DNA of 64,000 bases from Gracilinanus agilis. Lineage: Eukaryota. The notes under the pieces were generated by a model. It was given only the letters and a program-made list of their open reading frames with translations. It did no database searches and was not told where the DNA came from. Below are positions 11,851 to 24,567 of the stretch, piece by piece. Both the position numbers and the translations under genes were made by a program. The stretch's first letter is position 1. Each line of letters opens with the position of its first letter. The stretch lies in contig NC_058132.1 of assembly GCF_016433145.1 (NCBI RefSeq), positions 104,922,455 through 104,986,454 of the forward strand. Reading direction: 5' to 3'.

Positions 11851-14129
11851 GTAGATGGAAAGGGGAGGATAATGCCAACTAGGTTAAATTGGCTTAAAAG
11901 TTATGAGAAAAAAGTCACATGAAATCATTCTGGAAAATTAATCAAGAAATGGATAGTTTGTGAATGGATATTTTTTTTACTTTTGTAAAATTCTTTATAA
12001 TGAAAATATAGCAGTATTCAGAATATAAAAAAGTTAAAATAACTGAGAGAGGAGGAGGTATTTCCAACTGTTGGAGAGTGAAAACTTACTTTCTGCTGAG
12101 ATTTATTCTAGGGAGCAGATGCCTCAGAACAGTAAAAGACATGAACACATGTTCAACTGGCGAAGCTTGCTGTCAGGTTTTATCATCATTAAAAGGCAGG
12201 ATGATTTTTTTCAAATGTGCACTTGGAATAAGGTGAGACTTCAGTTCTACTTCTGCCTCTGATTCTAGGCCCATGATCATAGACAAGTCATGTAAATTCT
12301 TTAAGCTTTAGTTTCCTCATCTGTAAAAAGGGAATGATACCTATAGCAACTATGTCATAAGCATGTAAAGTTAGAGGAAATATGATTACCATCATATCTA
12401 AGTCTTAAAAATATTATCTAAATGCAAACTATTTTTATTTTTTCATGACCTGAGAAAGTCAAGTCAATATATTAGTTCATTTCTAATGAACACACAAGAA
12501 AAATTGATAAAAGGATTCTCAATCCAGAAGGCTATCTCTTTCTGGAAGTAGACAATGGATAAGATTCCCTGAGGCTAATCAAAACACAAACTAAGTGAAT
12601 CAAAAAGATTCACGCAATTGAAGGAGTAAGATCATAATTTCCAGAGTACTGTGGGCATAGAGTATATCTTTGCTTAGCCAATTGGTTCAAATTAATGACT
12701 ACAATCGACAGAGTGGTAGTCCAGCAACCTTCCCCAGTAATGTACTCCTTTCATACAAGTGATTTTGTGTCTCTTTCTCATACTCACTTCTCCTTACTGA
12801 TTCTTAGAATCCTTAGTTTCCTTGGGCTAGCTCGAAACAACAACTTCTACATCACATCATTCCTAATCACTTGAGTTATTAGCGTCTCCTCCTCCCCACC
12901 CCCACTTTTTCCACATACCTATATTTTAATAGTTTTTTTTATTGTACCTATATTTATGCAGGTTGTCACTCCCAGCAACACTGTAAACTTGTGGAAGTCA
13001 GAGCCGATCACTTCCTCCCATTTTATATTTGGAGATTACCAGCCCATGGTGAAACCGGGCCAAGCAGACTTGAAGCAAGTACTAAAGATCTCTTGGGAGA
13101 AGATTTTGCCATAAGATGGCAATATATCCTCTCCTAAAGAGACCATTACTGGGATCCATGCTACCTGTATTTTCTTTGAAAAAAAAAATGCAGGGATTGA
13201 ATTTGTTCAGTCTTTGATAAAAAGACTGACTATCAAAACCCAGGGGTAATAATAGGGAGTTATTTTCAACCATACATATCAGTGATTTTAGCCAAAATAT
13301 GTTATAAATTTTTTTTGAACTTGCACTAAAGCAAATTCTACGAATCTGATAGTTGAAATGCATGTTCATTGAAATTTCAAATTTTTTTTTTAGTCCTGGA
13401 AAACAGTCAAAGCATGGTAGAGTGTATGCCAGGACCCATTTGACTAATTATGCCCATTCCTCTCCAAACAACATTAAAACAATGTGTCAAATAAAATCTT
13501 AGGATGACAGAATCAAGAAAAGAACAGACAGAGAGATTTTTCAAGCCTTAATTTATTTAGGATTTTAGCAGGAGAGATATGTAACATTGTGATGGGCTTT
13601 GGAGGCTGATAGCAGCAACAGCAACAACATTGAAAGTTCTCAGGCAAGAGAAAGGAAGGGGGTTGGACAAATGGTCAGAAACAGATTATAGGAGACCTTT
13701 TACTAGCACTAAATGTAAGTGATGCTATTCTGTGAAAAAAATCAGGACTATTATTAATATCAAGAATTAATCATCAGTGATAATAATGAGTAACTCAAAA
13801 ATTTCAGCTATTTTATATATCATTACTTGTGTCAATCAATTATTTCTGACTGGTTAGTGACTATAAAAATTAGAGATACCCAGGTTGGCCATGCTTTATT
13901 TCTATCTTTACTCTTTTATCATGATGATACAACTTCCTTCTACTCTTAGAACTATCTTCAGAACACAGATTTATCACTCTGAAATAGTTCTCTGTCATGC
14001 CAGTTGTTTTCTTCCAATAGTATGTTCTTTCCTGGTCCTCCATTTTGGAGATTAACTAACTCTTGCCATGCTTCATTCTTTTCCTTGTTGTGCTTTTCAA
14101 TATGGACTTCAAAACAATGCCTCAATCCA

Positions 14130-14310
14130 GGATATATCTTTTTCAGTTCCCCTCCATTCGATGACCTTTTATGTGTTGTCTTCTCTCATCAGAATGTAAG
14201 TTTCTTGGGGGCAGAGACCAATCTTCTTTTTGCTTGTACTTATTTCCTCAGGCCTAGGCACAACACCTAGCACATAGTTGATGTTTAATAAAGCTTGTTG
14301 GCTGATTTTT
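14130..14310 (+). mobile_element. L2 3' end
   Basis: agaatgtaagtttcttgggggcagagac...cctagcacatagttgatgtttaataaagcttgttg. Confidence 0.8.
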
Positions 14311-14657
14311 TACAGTGCTTTACATATACCATTAGAATGAGAGAGGAAGAAAATTCCAGAATGGTTTGAACTCAGAGGACTATGAACCATTTTCAATAGT
14401 ATCATTAACACATATAATAAATGAAATTCTCTGTAGGCTATATGTATTGAACCTAAGATGATTTATTAATTGGCTGCTCAAGAAAATCTAACTAGCCAAT
14501 GGACTCCCTCATGGTCCAAACATACTCCAAAAGAACAAGTGCCTCTAGGCAGCAGGGCTGGACCAGAAATAGAGTGAGAGCAACTAAGCAGGTAGACTGT
14601 TTGAACAAAGAAAAAGCACCTTCCTGTTGGCTCAAGACAACATACATCCCTTCTAAT

Positions 14658-15289
14658 TTTTTTTCTTAATTTTTAAAATTTATCTTTTTTAATATTTTTC
14701 CATGTTTCCATGATTCATTTCTTTCCCTCCCCTCTTCCCTCTCTACTCCCAGAGCTGACAAGCAATTCCATTGGGTTATACAAATGTTGTCACTAGATAC
14801 CTATTTCCATATTATTCATTTTTGCTATAGAATGATTTTTTAACACCTAAACCTGAAATCACAACTCCATATATACATGTGGTAAATGATGTCATATGTT
14901 CTTTTGCATTTCTACTCCCATAGCACTTTCTCTCAATGTGGACAGCATTCTTTCCCATAAGTCCTTTAGGAGTGTCCTGGCTTGTTACATTGCTTCTAGT
15001 AGCAAAGTCCATTATATTGGATTGTTTCATAATGTTTTCCTTTCTGTGTACAATGTTCTGGTTCTGCTCATTTCACTCTGCATCAGTTCACTGAAGTTTT
15101 CCCAGTTCATATGGAAAGCCTCCAGATCATCAATCCTTACAACACAATATCTATCACCATTAGATACTAAAATTTGTACAGCCATTCCCCAATCAATGGA
15201 CACCCCCTCATTTTCCAACTATTTGCCATCACAAAGAGCATGGCTATGAATATTTTTGTACAAGTATTTTTCCTTATTATCAATTTGTG
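14658..15289 (-). mobile_element. 5'-truncated opossum L1 (3'UTR and ORF2 end)
   Basis: 11-bp TSD tcccttctaat at 14647-14657 and 15290-15300; homologous to the L1 3' segments at 17.8-18.9 kb and 53.5-54.2 kb. Confidence 0.9.
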
Positions 15290-15977
15290 TCCCTTCTAAT
15301 ATTATCATGCAGGCCCTTCCTTGGACATCTTTGACTGGAGAATAGATTCATAGGAAGTGGCCTCAGAAACCTCAACTCCTCTCTTACCACTTTGTGACAA
15401 GAAGCTCTTTCCTCCTCTCCATGTGACTTGATCATCATGGCAACTAGAAATGACTGACTTCACTACCTAAGAGAATTCTTATTTAAAGATAAATGAAGAG
15501 CAAGTTCCTACCCTGTCTCTAACAAAAACCAATCTAGCCATATGCCTCTAATACTGTTATCTTCTGCAAAGACAAAAATCTAGACAAAATAAGGGATGAC
15601 CCAATCTAGTTTTGTAACCTGGGACAAGTTATTATCTCAATTGTTTCAAAAAGTAGAGAGCATAATTTTTTTATCCTCATCTCAAAGGGTTATTCAAAGG
15701 AAGTTCAACATTAAAAATGTTTGATTCAACACCACTTTGGCTAAAACATTGAAATGGTTACTAGAGGTATAAAAGCAAAAAAAAATTAAATGAAATAAAC
15801 AGTTCCTATTCTCAAGGCAATGCTGATCAAACTAAAGAGGGAGAGACTGAAAAACTACATCTTCATATCATAGAGTCATGAGGGGTTTGGCATTAGAGAG
15901 TCTAAGTCCAAAGTCAATAGATTTGGAGAAAAGGAGGGACTTTAGGCAAAGGAATAAGCATTTATAGAACACCAAAT

Positions 15978-16228
15978 GGGTGGCTAGGTAGAAAAGTGGT
16001 TAGAGTACCATGCCTGGGGTCAGGAAGATCAATCTTCCTGAATTCAAATCTGCCTCAGGCACTTACTAGCTGTGTGATCCTGCACAAGTCACTTCACCCT
16101 GTTTGCATCATTTCCCTATCTTTAAATTTAGATGGTGAAGGAAATGGCGTACTATTTCCAGTATCTTTCTCAAGAAAACCCAAAATGAGGTCATGTAGAG
16201 TTAAATATGACAGAAAAATTACTGAATA
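15978..16228 (+). mobile_element. MAR1-type SINE
   Basis: tRNA head, CORE, RTE tail ccagtatctttctcaagaaaacccaaaatgaggtcatgtagagt. Confidence 0.85.
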
Positions 16229-16524
16229 GTACTTACCATATACCAGCCACTATAATACAAATATTATCTTATTCTATCCTCACAATAACTCTGCAATGTA
16301 GGTGCTATTCTTATTTTCATTTTAGAGTTGAAGAAACTGAATCAAAGATTAAGAGACTAGCCCAGGGTCATACATTTATTGAGTGTCTACAACCCGCTTT
16401 GAACTCGTCTTCCTGACTTATGGCCCACTGCTCTACCCACTGTGCTACACAGCTGCCTAGGCATCAACTCTATTTCCTTCATTTAATAGTAGAGCAAACT
16501 ATTAGGTCTGTTTCCTAAGGTGAT

Positions 16525-16870
16525 CAGGGAAAAAAGGGAAATAACCTCTATGTTCTAAAATATTTATAGCAGCTCTCTTTGTGGTGGCAAAGAACTAGAA
16601 ATTAAGGGAATATTCAGCAGTTGGAGAACAGCAAAATAATTTATGACATAATTGTGGTGAAATTCTATTTTGCAATAGAGGTAGATTAATTAAAAAACAA
16701 AGAAACCAACAAAAACCATCAAGAGAACTAAGTGAAATTATGACAAGTGAATTGAGCAGAAGCAAGAGAACATTATATACAGAAACAGAAACAATTTTGA
16801 AGAACTGTGAATATCTACCTCCAGAGAAAGAAAAAACTGATAAATAGAAACACATATTGTGTGTGTGTGT

Positions 16871-16915
<45 letters not shown>

Positions 16916-17015
16916 TAATAGAGAGAGTTTTAGATAATGTCTTCTCTACTGGGAGGAGAGGGAGGGAGATACATGGGGATATTAATAAAATAAACAAACA
17001 AACTGAGAAAAAATA
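16525..17015 (+). mobile_element. Older L1 3' fragment with an internal (TG)n
   Basis: atatttatagcagctctctttgtggtggcaaagaactag...gagcagaagcaagagaacattatatacag. Confidence 0.8.
16858..16912. repeat. (TG)n microsatellite
   Basis: Direct reading; one TA interruption. Confidence 0.98.
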
Positions 17016-17052
17016 GTAGAGCAAATTGAGCTTTAGAAAGATTAAATGATTT

Positions 17053-17585
17053 TTCTTTGCTGTCATATTAGCTAATCTGCTAGATATGAGGTGGTACCTC
17101 AGATTTGTTTTGATTTGCATTTCTCTAATTATGAGATTTTAGAACACTTTTTCATGTTCTTATTGATAGTTTTGATTTCTTTATCTGAAAATTGCTTATT
17201 CATGTCCCTTGCCCATTTATCAGTTGGGGAATGAGTTGATTTTTTTGTACAATTGATTTAGCTCTTTATAAATTTGATTAATTAGACCTTTGTCAGAGGT
17301 TTTTGTTATAAAGATTTTTTTCCCAATTTGTTGCTTCCCTTCTAATTTTGGTTATATTGGTTTTGTTTGTACAAAAATTTTTTAAATTAATGTAATCAAA
17401 ATTATTCATTTTACACTTTGTAATATTCTCTATCTCTTGCTTGGTCTCAAAATCTTTCCTTTCCCATAGATCTGACAGGTAAACTAGTCTACGTTCACAT
17501 AATTTACTTATAATTTCCTTCTTTATATTTAAGTCATTCACCAATTCTGAACTGATCTTGGTGTTGGGTATGAGATGTTGATCTA
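17053..17585 (-). mobile_element. Inverted 5' segment of a twin-primed L1 (ORF2 C-terminal region)
   Basis: Minus frames give LNIKKEIISKL, FDYINLKNFCT and MQIKTNLRYHL (L1 ORF2); left TSD agaaagattaaatgattt at 17035-17052. Confidence 0.92.
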
Positions 17586-18450
17586 ACAATAGCAATAAAT
17601 GTTGGAGGGGATGTGGCAAAATTGGGATATTAATGCACTGCTGGTGGAGTTTTGAATTAATCCAACCATTGTGGAATGCAATTTCAAACTATGCTCAAAG
17701 GGTTTTAAAAGACTGCCTGTCCTTTGATCCAGTCATACCACTGCTGGGTTTATACCCAAGAGATCATAAGGAAAAAGACTTGTAAAAAAATATTTATAGT
17801 CATGCTCTTTGTGGGGGCAAAAAAAATTGAAAATGAGGGGATACCCTTCAATTGGGGAATGGCTGAACAAATTGTGGTATCTGTTGGTGATGGAATTCTA
17901 TTGTGCTCAAAGGAATAATGAACTGGAGGAATTCCATGTGAACTGGAATGACATCCAGGAATTGATGCAGAGTGAAAGGAGAAGAACCAGGAGAATATTG
18001 TACACAGAGACTGATACACTATGGTAAAATTGAATGTAATGGACTTCTCTACTAGCAGCAATGCAATTATCCAGGACAATTCTGAGAGATTTATGAGAAA
18101 GAATTTTATCCACTGTTGGATTTAAAAATCAGTCTGGCAGTCTACTGAACTATTTCTGGCCTGGACAAGCTACCCCCAGCCCCCAAGGTTTCCCAGCACA
18201 CTCTTCCTTATCTCCCCCTATCATAAACCTAAAACTTAAGCTATCTTATCTGATGGATATTAACCTTCTTGAGGAATGTTTGTCTATGTTTGCCTGCTTT
18301 ACAATATTTGCCTATTTAATGTATGTTTGCCAAATGCTTCCAGACCCCTGTCCCTGAAACCCCACCCCCTCCCCAGATGCTTCCTGACCACCTGTCCCTG
18401 ACACTACCTTGATAATTATGTATGTACCAACCCCCTTCCCCAAACATTTC

Positions 18451-18458
18451 TATATAAA
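18451..18458 (+). promoter_or_regulatory. LTR TATA box (TATATAAA)
   Basis: Located in U3 position about 30 nt upstream of a GGGTCG hairpin start. Confidence 0.7.
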
Positions 18459-18528
18459 CTCTTGGCTGAGAATTCCAAGGGGTCGTTCAGGTATGCCTCT
18501 CTGCCTAGCGACCCTAGCTATTATTGCT

Positions 18529-18534
18529 AGTAAA
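18529..18534 (+). terminator. LTR polyadenylation signal variant AGTAAA
   Basis: Position after the R hairpin, about 90 nt before the LTR end. Confidence 0.5.
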
Positions 18535-19856
18535 GAATGAGCCTCTTCTTGCATATTGCATTGTCAGTGTGATTCTTCCTTCGGCCATGAACCTGGGTTA
18601 GGTATTAAAATTTGGGTACAACACCACATCCAGAGAAAGAACTGTGGGAGTAGAAACACAGAAGAAAAACAACTACTTGATCACATGATTCAATGGGGAC
18701 ATAATTGGGGGTGTAGACTCTAAGTGATCATCCTAGCACAAATACTAATAATATGGAAATAGGTCTTGATCAATGACACATGTAAAACTCAATGGAAGAG
18801 TGTGTTGGCTATGGGAGGGGGTGGAAGGAGGAAAGGGAAAGAACATGAATCATGTAACCATGGGAAAAATTCTTAATTAATTAATTAATTGGACTTTAAA
18901 ATGATTTTTTAAAAAGAAAAAGAAAAAAGAAAGATTAAATGATTTACCCGGGGTCATACTGCTTGGAGGAGGTAAAAACAGGTCTGGCTGCACCAAACCC
19001 AGTGATACATAACAGTATAAAGAAATTTTACTTACTGTTATTATTATATCATATTATCATCTATAATGATTAGAGATAAAACATGGGAAATACAATTTAA
19101 AATGTCATTTAAACTACATGAATTTTGACATGATAATATGAGGTATTTCAAATGATGGACTTAACTTTTCAAAAGAGGGTAGATATTGTTTTTGAGTCAG
19201 AAGGTCTATTGGACTTCTGGCTTTCCTTTACTAGCTATGTGATTCCTTCCATGTAGCTTAACTATCATGTGCCACCTTTTCTTCAACTATTAAATAAATG
19301 AGTTGAACTGAATGTTATCTATGGATCTGTTCACCTCCAAAATCCGTCATTTCCTGCCATATTCTCTCTGAGCTTTTGTTTCTTCTTTTGCAAAATGGGA
19401 AATAAAAATGACCTAATTGATAGAGATCGGATCTCAGCACAAGGAAGTCCAAGTTACTGTGCTGGCTGTGATAAGTACAGATTCTGGCACAAAGCCATTT
19501 AAATTATCGATGCCTCAGGCAACTAACCCAATAAGACTCTAAATTGCAGAGAAGTTGCTCATAAGTAATGGTAAAAAAAAAGTTCCATACCAGGCACAGC
19601 CTACCCATATGAAGTCCTAGGTCAGGACAAAGATAGGAATCATAATATGTGGAGTGTTATGTAGTGTTATCAACTGGAAATGAGGCCTCTTATTATTTAA
19701 GACTTGAAAATTAAGTCTTGTACTAAGGACTCTATATTGCCCATTATTGTAGTGCCTTTTTGATTTTTTAATATTTTTCTGTGCTTGAGTATACTGGAGA
19801 CTGTCTTTCTTCTTTATTATTATTATTTTAATAAGTTTTTTGCAAGATAGAAAAAG

Positions 19857-20316
19857 AAAGGGAGAGAGAGGGAGAGAGATATTAGAGACAGAGACAGAGA
19901 GAGGTTAGAGAGAGAGACAGAGAGATATTAGAGAGACAAAGATTAGNNNNNNNNNNNNNNNNNNNNNNNNNNNNNNNNNNNNNNNNNNNNNNNNNNNNNN
20001 NNNNNNNNNNNNNNNNNNNNNNNNNNNNNNNNNNNNNNNNNNNNNNNNNNNNNNNNNNNNNNNNNNNNNNNNNNNNNNNNNNGAGAGAGANNNNNNNNNN
20101 NNNNNNNNNNNNNNNNNNNNNNNNNNNNNNNNNNNNNNNNNNNNNNNNNNNNNNNNNNNNNNNNNNNNNNNNNNNNNNNNNNNNNNNNNNNNNNNNNNNN
20201 NNNNNNNNNNNNNNNNNNNNNNNNNNNNNNNNNNNNNNNNNNNNNNNNNNNNNNNNNNNNNNNNNNNNNNNNNNNNNNNNNNNNNNNNNNNNNNNNNNNN
20301 NNNNNNNNNNNNNNNN

Positions 20317-20378
<62 letters not shown>
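19857..20378 (+). repeat. (GA)n / GA-rich tract spanning two assembly gaps
   Basis: GA repeats on both sides of the N runs and an 8-nt gagagaga island at 20083-20090. Confidence 0.9.
19947..20316. other. Assembly gaps (N 19947-20082 and 20091-20316)
   Basis: N runs. Confidence 1.
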
Positions 20379-20379
<1 letters not shown>

Positions 20380-21101
20380 GGGCACCTTGAAAGGAACATT
20401 GGGGAAGATGGTAGGAAACCAATAATTGCCCAAACATTAAATAAGCTTGCCACTTTGCTAGACAGCAGCTGGAGTGAGTTGACTTTCATTTTACTTTCCA
20501 GATTAGAAAGAAATGCTGCCAATATTTCCTCTGTGGTGTAAGAGCCATCCTGGACTGTTTCCCAGTGTGAGAGATACTATTCCTATCATCTGAGAGGGAA
20601 AAAGAACATCCAGTGGGGCATTCAATTAGGTCCAAGCACATCACACAACTCTTTTTTGATTCAGAGTATGTCTCTGCTCAGAATGGTGTTTTGTAATCAT
20701 GAAGGTATGGGTTTGTGAGGAGCAAGGCTTAAAAGCTTCAAGGCTCTGCCCTGAATGTGAAGAAGTTATCTGCTCTGGTTGCATTGAAAAAGAAAGAATT
20801 CTCCAATGAGACTGAGGAAAGCTGGATTCTAATCATTACTATTATCATGTTCATAGATTCACAGCTAGTAAAAACTGGCAAAAATATATACTGTTACCCC
20901 ACATTTTATGGCAGAACATGAGGCCCAAATAACTGAAGGGAATCACCCAAGGTTACACATGGCTCCAGTCCTCTCACTCAGCTGTCAAATTGCTCTTCCT
21001 AAAGCACATACCACTACGATACTTTGCTATTCAATAAAATCTGGTGAATCTTTGTCCCCCTTTGAATGAAATATACTCTTGGGCTTTTAAAGCCCTTTAT
21101 A

Positions 21102-21302
21102 GACGGCTGCTGGGTGGCTTAGTGGATTGAGAGTCATGCCTGAAGGTTGGAGGTACTGAGTTCAAATTTGACCTCAGACACTTCTTAGCTATGTGACCCT
21201 GGGCAAGTCACTTAACTCCCATTGCCTTGCTCTTACTGTTCTTCTGCCTTGGAACCAATACATAATATTGATTCTAAAATGGAAGGTAAAAGTTAAAAAA
21301 AT
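21102..21302 (+). mobile_element. Opossum SINE1-type SINE
   Basis: ctgggtggcttagtggattgagag...ctgccttggaaccaatacataatattgattctaaaatggaaggtaaaag. Confidence 0.9.
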
Positions 21303-21424
21303 AACCTCCACAACCCGACTCTTCCCAACCTTTCTAGTATTTTCATATCTTACTCTGTGTACTTTGTAATTTTGTGTCACTGGCTTCCTTGCTCTTCCTC
21401 ATATACATTTTTGTTTTTTAGCCT

Positions 21425-21652
21425 TTAGTCCTTCATGATCTTATTTTAGATTTTCATGGCAAAGATATTGAAGTAGTTTGTCGTTCCCTTCTCGAGCTCA
21501 TTTTCTGGTTGAGGGAATGGAAACAAATAGGGTTAAGTGACTTGCCCAGGGTTACACAGCTGGGAAGTATCTTAGGTTAGATTTGAACTCCCAAAGATAA
21601 GTTTTCCTCACTCCAGGCCTGACATTCTATCTCCTCTGTGCCATCTAGCTGC
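21425..21652 (-). mobile_element. MAR1-type SINE
   Basis: ttttcatggcaaagatattgaagtagtttg tail; gtgccatctagctgc head. Confidence 0.85.
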
Positions 21653-22476
21653 TTCCTCCTCCCAAAAGATACTCCATCATCTCCTGACTTGAGGCATGTC
21701 CATTGACTCTCCTCTATGCCTGGATTTCCCTCCATTCTCATCTCCACATTCTGGCTTCCTTGGCTTCCCTTGAGTCCAATCTAATACTTCACATTGTAAA
21801 GAAGGCTTTCCTGATCCCACGTAATGTCTTTGTTGATTATTCTCAATTTATCATCTTTACATCTTCATTGACATAGCTTTTTTTATAATAGTTGGTGAGC
21901 TTTTGAGAGCAAGGACTTTGTTTGACTTTCTTTTCATCCTCAGTAATTAGAATAGCATCCAGCCTATACTAGGAATAATAAAGATTGGTTTGAATTGATT
22001 TATGATTATTTCCCATTTAACCTGTACATATCTTGTATTATGTATTTATAGGCATGTAGTGATGGCAGAGACTATAACATATTTTTGCTCTTCTTTATAT
22101 CCACAGAACTTAGCGTAGTACCTGGCATAGTATAAACCCTAAAAAAAAAAGTTTAATAAATATATGAATGAAAGGGCTCTGACTCCAAATGTAGCACTCT
22201 TTTCAACATACTCCTTAGTCTTTCTATTCTTTGTGTCAAACTTGTTTTGTGATCCTTCTTTGCAAAAATTATTTAATTTGATTTTGCTTCTGCTTTCCCA
22301 TTTATTAAATGGTATCTTTGGAATATAATGATTTCAACATTTACTGAGGACTTACTGTATCTGGACATTATGCTAGGTGAAGGGGATATAAATTCAAATC
22401 ACTTTAAAACAAATAGTCTAATTTTATTTATTTAATTTTGTTTATTAATTATGTAATTGTTTAATTGATTGATTAC

Positions 22477-22516
22477 ACACACATACACACACACATATAT
22501 GTATACATATATATAC

Positions 22517-22546
<30 letters not shown>
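22477..22546. repeat. (CA)/(TA)n compound microsatellite
   Basis: Direct reading. Confidence 0.95.
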
Positions 22547-22550
<4 letters not shown>

Positions 22551-22839
22551 TTACATGTTGTCTCCTCCAGTAGACTGTGAACTGCTTGAGAGAAAAAGTT
22601 ATCTTTCTGCCTCTTTTTGTAAACTCAGCCATTAGAGTTTATTATTACCTATTATTATTATATTGTTATATTAATATAATATATATTGTTATTATATTAT
22701 TATTATTACCTGACCTATAGCAGCCACTTAATAAATGATTATTGATTGATTTTTCAAATTTCATCCCTTTCCAGTAGGCTTGTTATGTCCCAGACCAACT
22801 TCCCCTATTTCCCTCAAATATGTTATTTCAGAACCTTAC

Positions 22840-23075
22840 ATCCTATATAGGTCACACAATGGATAGAGCCCTGATCATGGAGTCAGGAAGACCTGAGATT
22901 AAATCTTGCCTTAGATACTTGCTAGCTGTAAGTGTAACTTCTCTTTTCCTCAGCTTCGTCTGTAAAATGGGGGAAATATTAGCAATTGCTTCTCAGGGAT
23001 TCTGTGAGATTAAATTGAAATGATATTTTTAAAGTTCTTTGTAAACCTAAAAGCATTATATAAATGTTAGATATT
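22840..23075 (+). mobile_element. MIR/CORE-SINE
   Basis: ggagtcaggaagacctgag...ctcagcttcgtctgtaaaatgggg...tgtaaacctaaaagcattatataaatg. Confidence 0.85.
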
Positions 23076-23632
23076 ATTATTGGTGGTGCTGTTGTTAGTA
23101 GTAGTAATGAAATTAGTAGTAGTACTAGTAGTAGTAGAAGAGAATTGCTCAACAAAGCACCAAATAGGAAATACTCACTGTTACTGATTATTCCATCAGT
23201 GACTTTGAAAAAATGAATATCATGTATGTGCTATATCTAAGAAACTGAGTCAAGTCATAAAGTAAAAAATGCACACCTTTACAAAAACATGGAGAAATGA
23301 TTTTGGCCCAAGAAAGTGTTTCAAAGACAAGTGAGCTCACTGTCTATCCTTCCAGAATTTGAATGCCTATGACAAAACCTTAATTTAAATCCCCAAGGGG
23401 AAATCTTCTTACTTGAATGAAATCTGCCCGAGGCTACCAACAGCCCCAGTTCTGATAATTAAGTTCAGAGAAAGACAGGAAATAAATGAGGGAAAAGATG
23501 CTTCCTATAGACTTGGATTGAACCAGAGAAGTAGGAAATAGCTAAAGGACCTTTATTAGGGAGCAAAAGGAGATTAGAATTGAGAGTCATTCTGATTCTG
23601 CTCTGTTAATAATGTGTGTTTCTTCACCACCA

Positions 23633-23706
23633 ACACACATACACACAGACACACACACATACACACACACACACACTCACACACGCATGCACACATGCAT
23701 GCACAC
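23633..23706. repeat. (CA)n imperfect microsatellite
   Basis: Direct reading. Confidence 0.95.
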
Positions 23707-24567
23707 TTACGTTGCTTATACCTTCAACTCATGGGAAACATGAACATGACCATTGGGTACCTGATCCCCTCCTATTATAGATAAGCTTTTACCTTAATTT
23801 ACCCAGAATTCTTCTGGTCCCCTCCATTCCAGATTATTATAGGATCCCTTTTATGTGTTTTCTTTTTCCATGAGAATGTAAACACCTTGTGGACAAGAAC
23901 TGCTCTCTTGTGGCTTGTATTTGCACCCCCAGTTCTCCCATACCTGTTAGACATAAATACTGGCTTCTCTCTCTAAGGCAGATTTACACAATTGAACCCT
24001 GATTCAAAATAATTCTTTACTTAGATGAGTCGTTATAAAATAGCTTGAGCTTATGCCTCAATTAAAGAATGGAACTCTCTAGCAATAGGTAGAAGGTCAC
24101 CTCCCAACTGTGCTCTAGGAAAGGTCACTCATTCTTTTCTCTGTGGCTACCATTATGCCTTGATACTGCATACAAAGTGACACTAGATAATATAAAGACA
24201 GGGTTAATCACAGATAGTATGGGGGAGAATATTAAAACCTGGAAATATATGCTTTAACTAAATTTAAAAAGAAGAATAAGCAGCAGTAAAGTTCGGGAGG
24301 AGTAGGATCTTGCCAATTCCACTCAATGAAAAGCCTGGGATAATCCCCCAAAATACACACATCCACTTCCCAATTTGTTCATTTAGAAATCAGACTTCGT
24401 GGTCTTAAAAAAAAGGAAACTGAAAATGTAGTAGACCTCAGTCACTATCCACTGTTCTGTTTCAGGATGATCTATGTAAGTTTTCTCTATTCTCCTAGTG
24501 GAAGAAACTACAAATCCAAGAGAATTTTTGTCCAAGCATCTCTTTGCCAGAGGTTGCAACATCTATC

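Larger units (their letters stand above)
18114..18623 (+). mobile_element. ERV solo LTR (510 bp, ERV1-like 4-bp TSD)
   Basis: TGTTG...CAACA termini; TSD ccac at 18110-18113 and 18624-18627; L1 host rejoins as atccac|atccagagaaag; U3 direct repeats 18334-18357 and 18377-18401. Confidence 0.92.
17586..18927 (+). mobile_element. Forward 3' segment of the same L1 (ORF2 end, 3'UTR, A-tail), interrupted by an LTR
   Basis: IGEWLNKLWY frame; right TSD agaaagattaaatgattt at 18928-18945 (perfect 18 bp). Confidence 0.93.
20960..21990 (+). mobile_element. L2 3' region relic hosting two younger SINEs
   Basis: ttcctaaagcaca..., gaaggctttcctgatccc, gagcttttgagagcaaggact; interrupted at about 21102 and 21425. 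Confidence 0.65.

Noticed and set aside
17293-18113. ORFs with realistic protein sequence, also at 14812-15249, 53439-53904 and 62273-62561
   Set aside because: Sense or antisense frames of disabled L1 ORF2 C-terminus and 3'UTR, not host genes
19882-20522. Three long ORFs (164-205 aa)
   Set aside because: Artefacts of (CT)n translation and N runs; same for ORFs at 28048-28405 and 33321-33716
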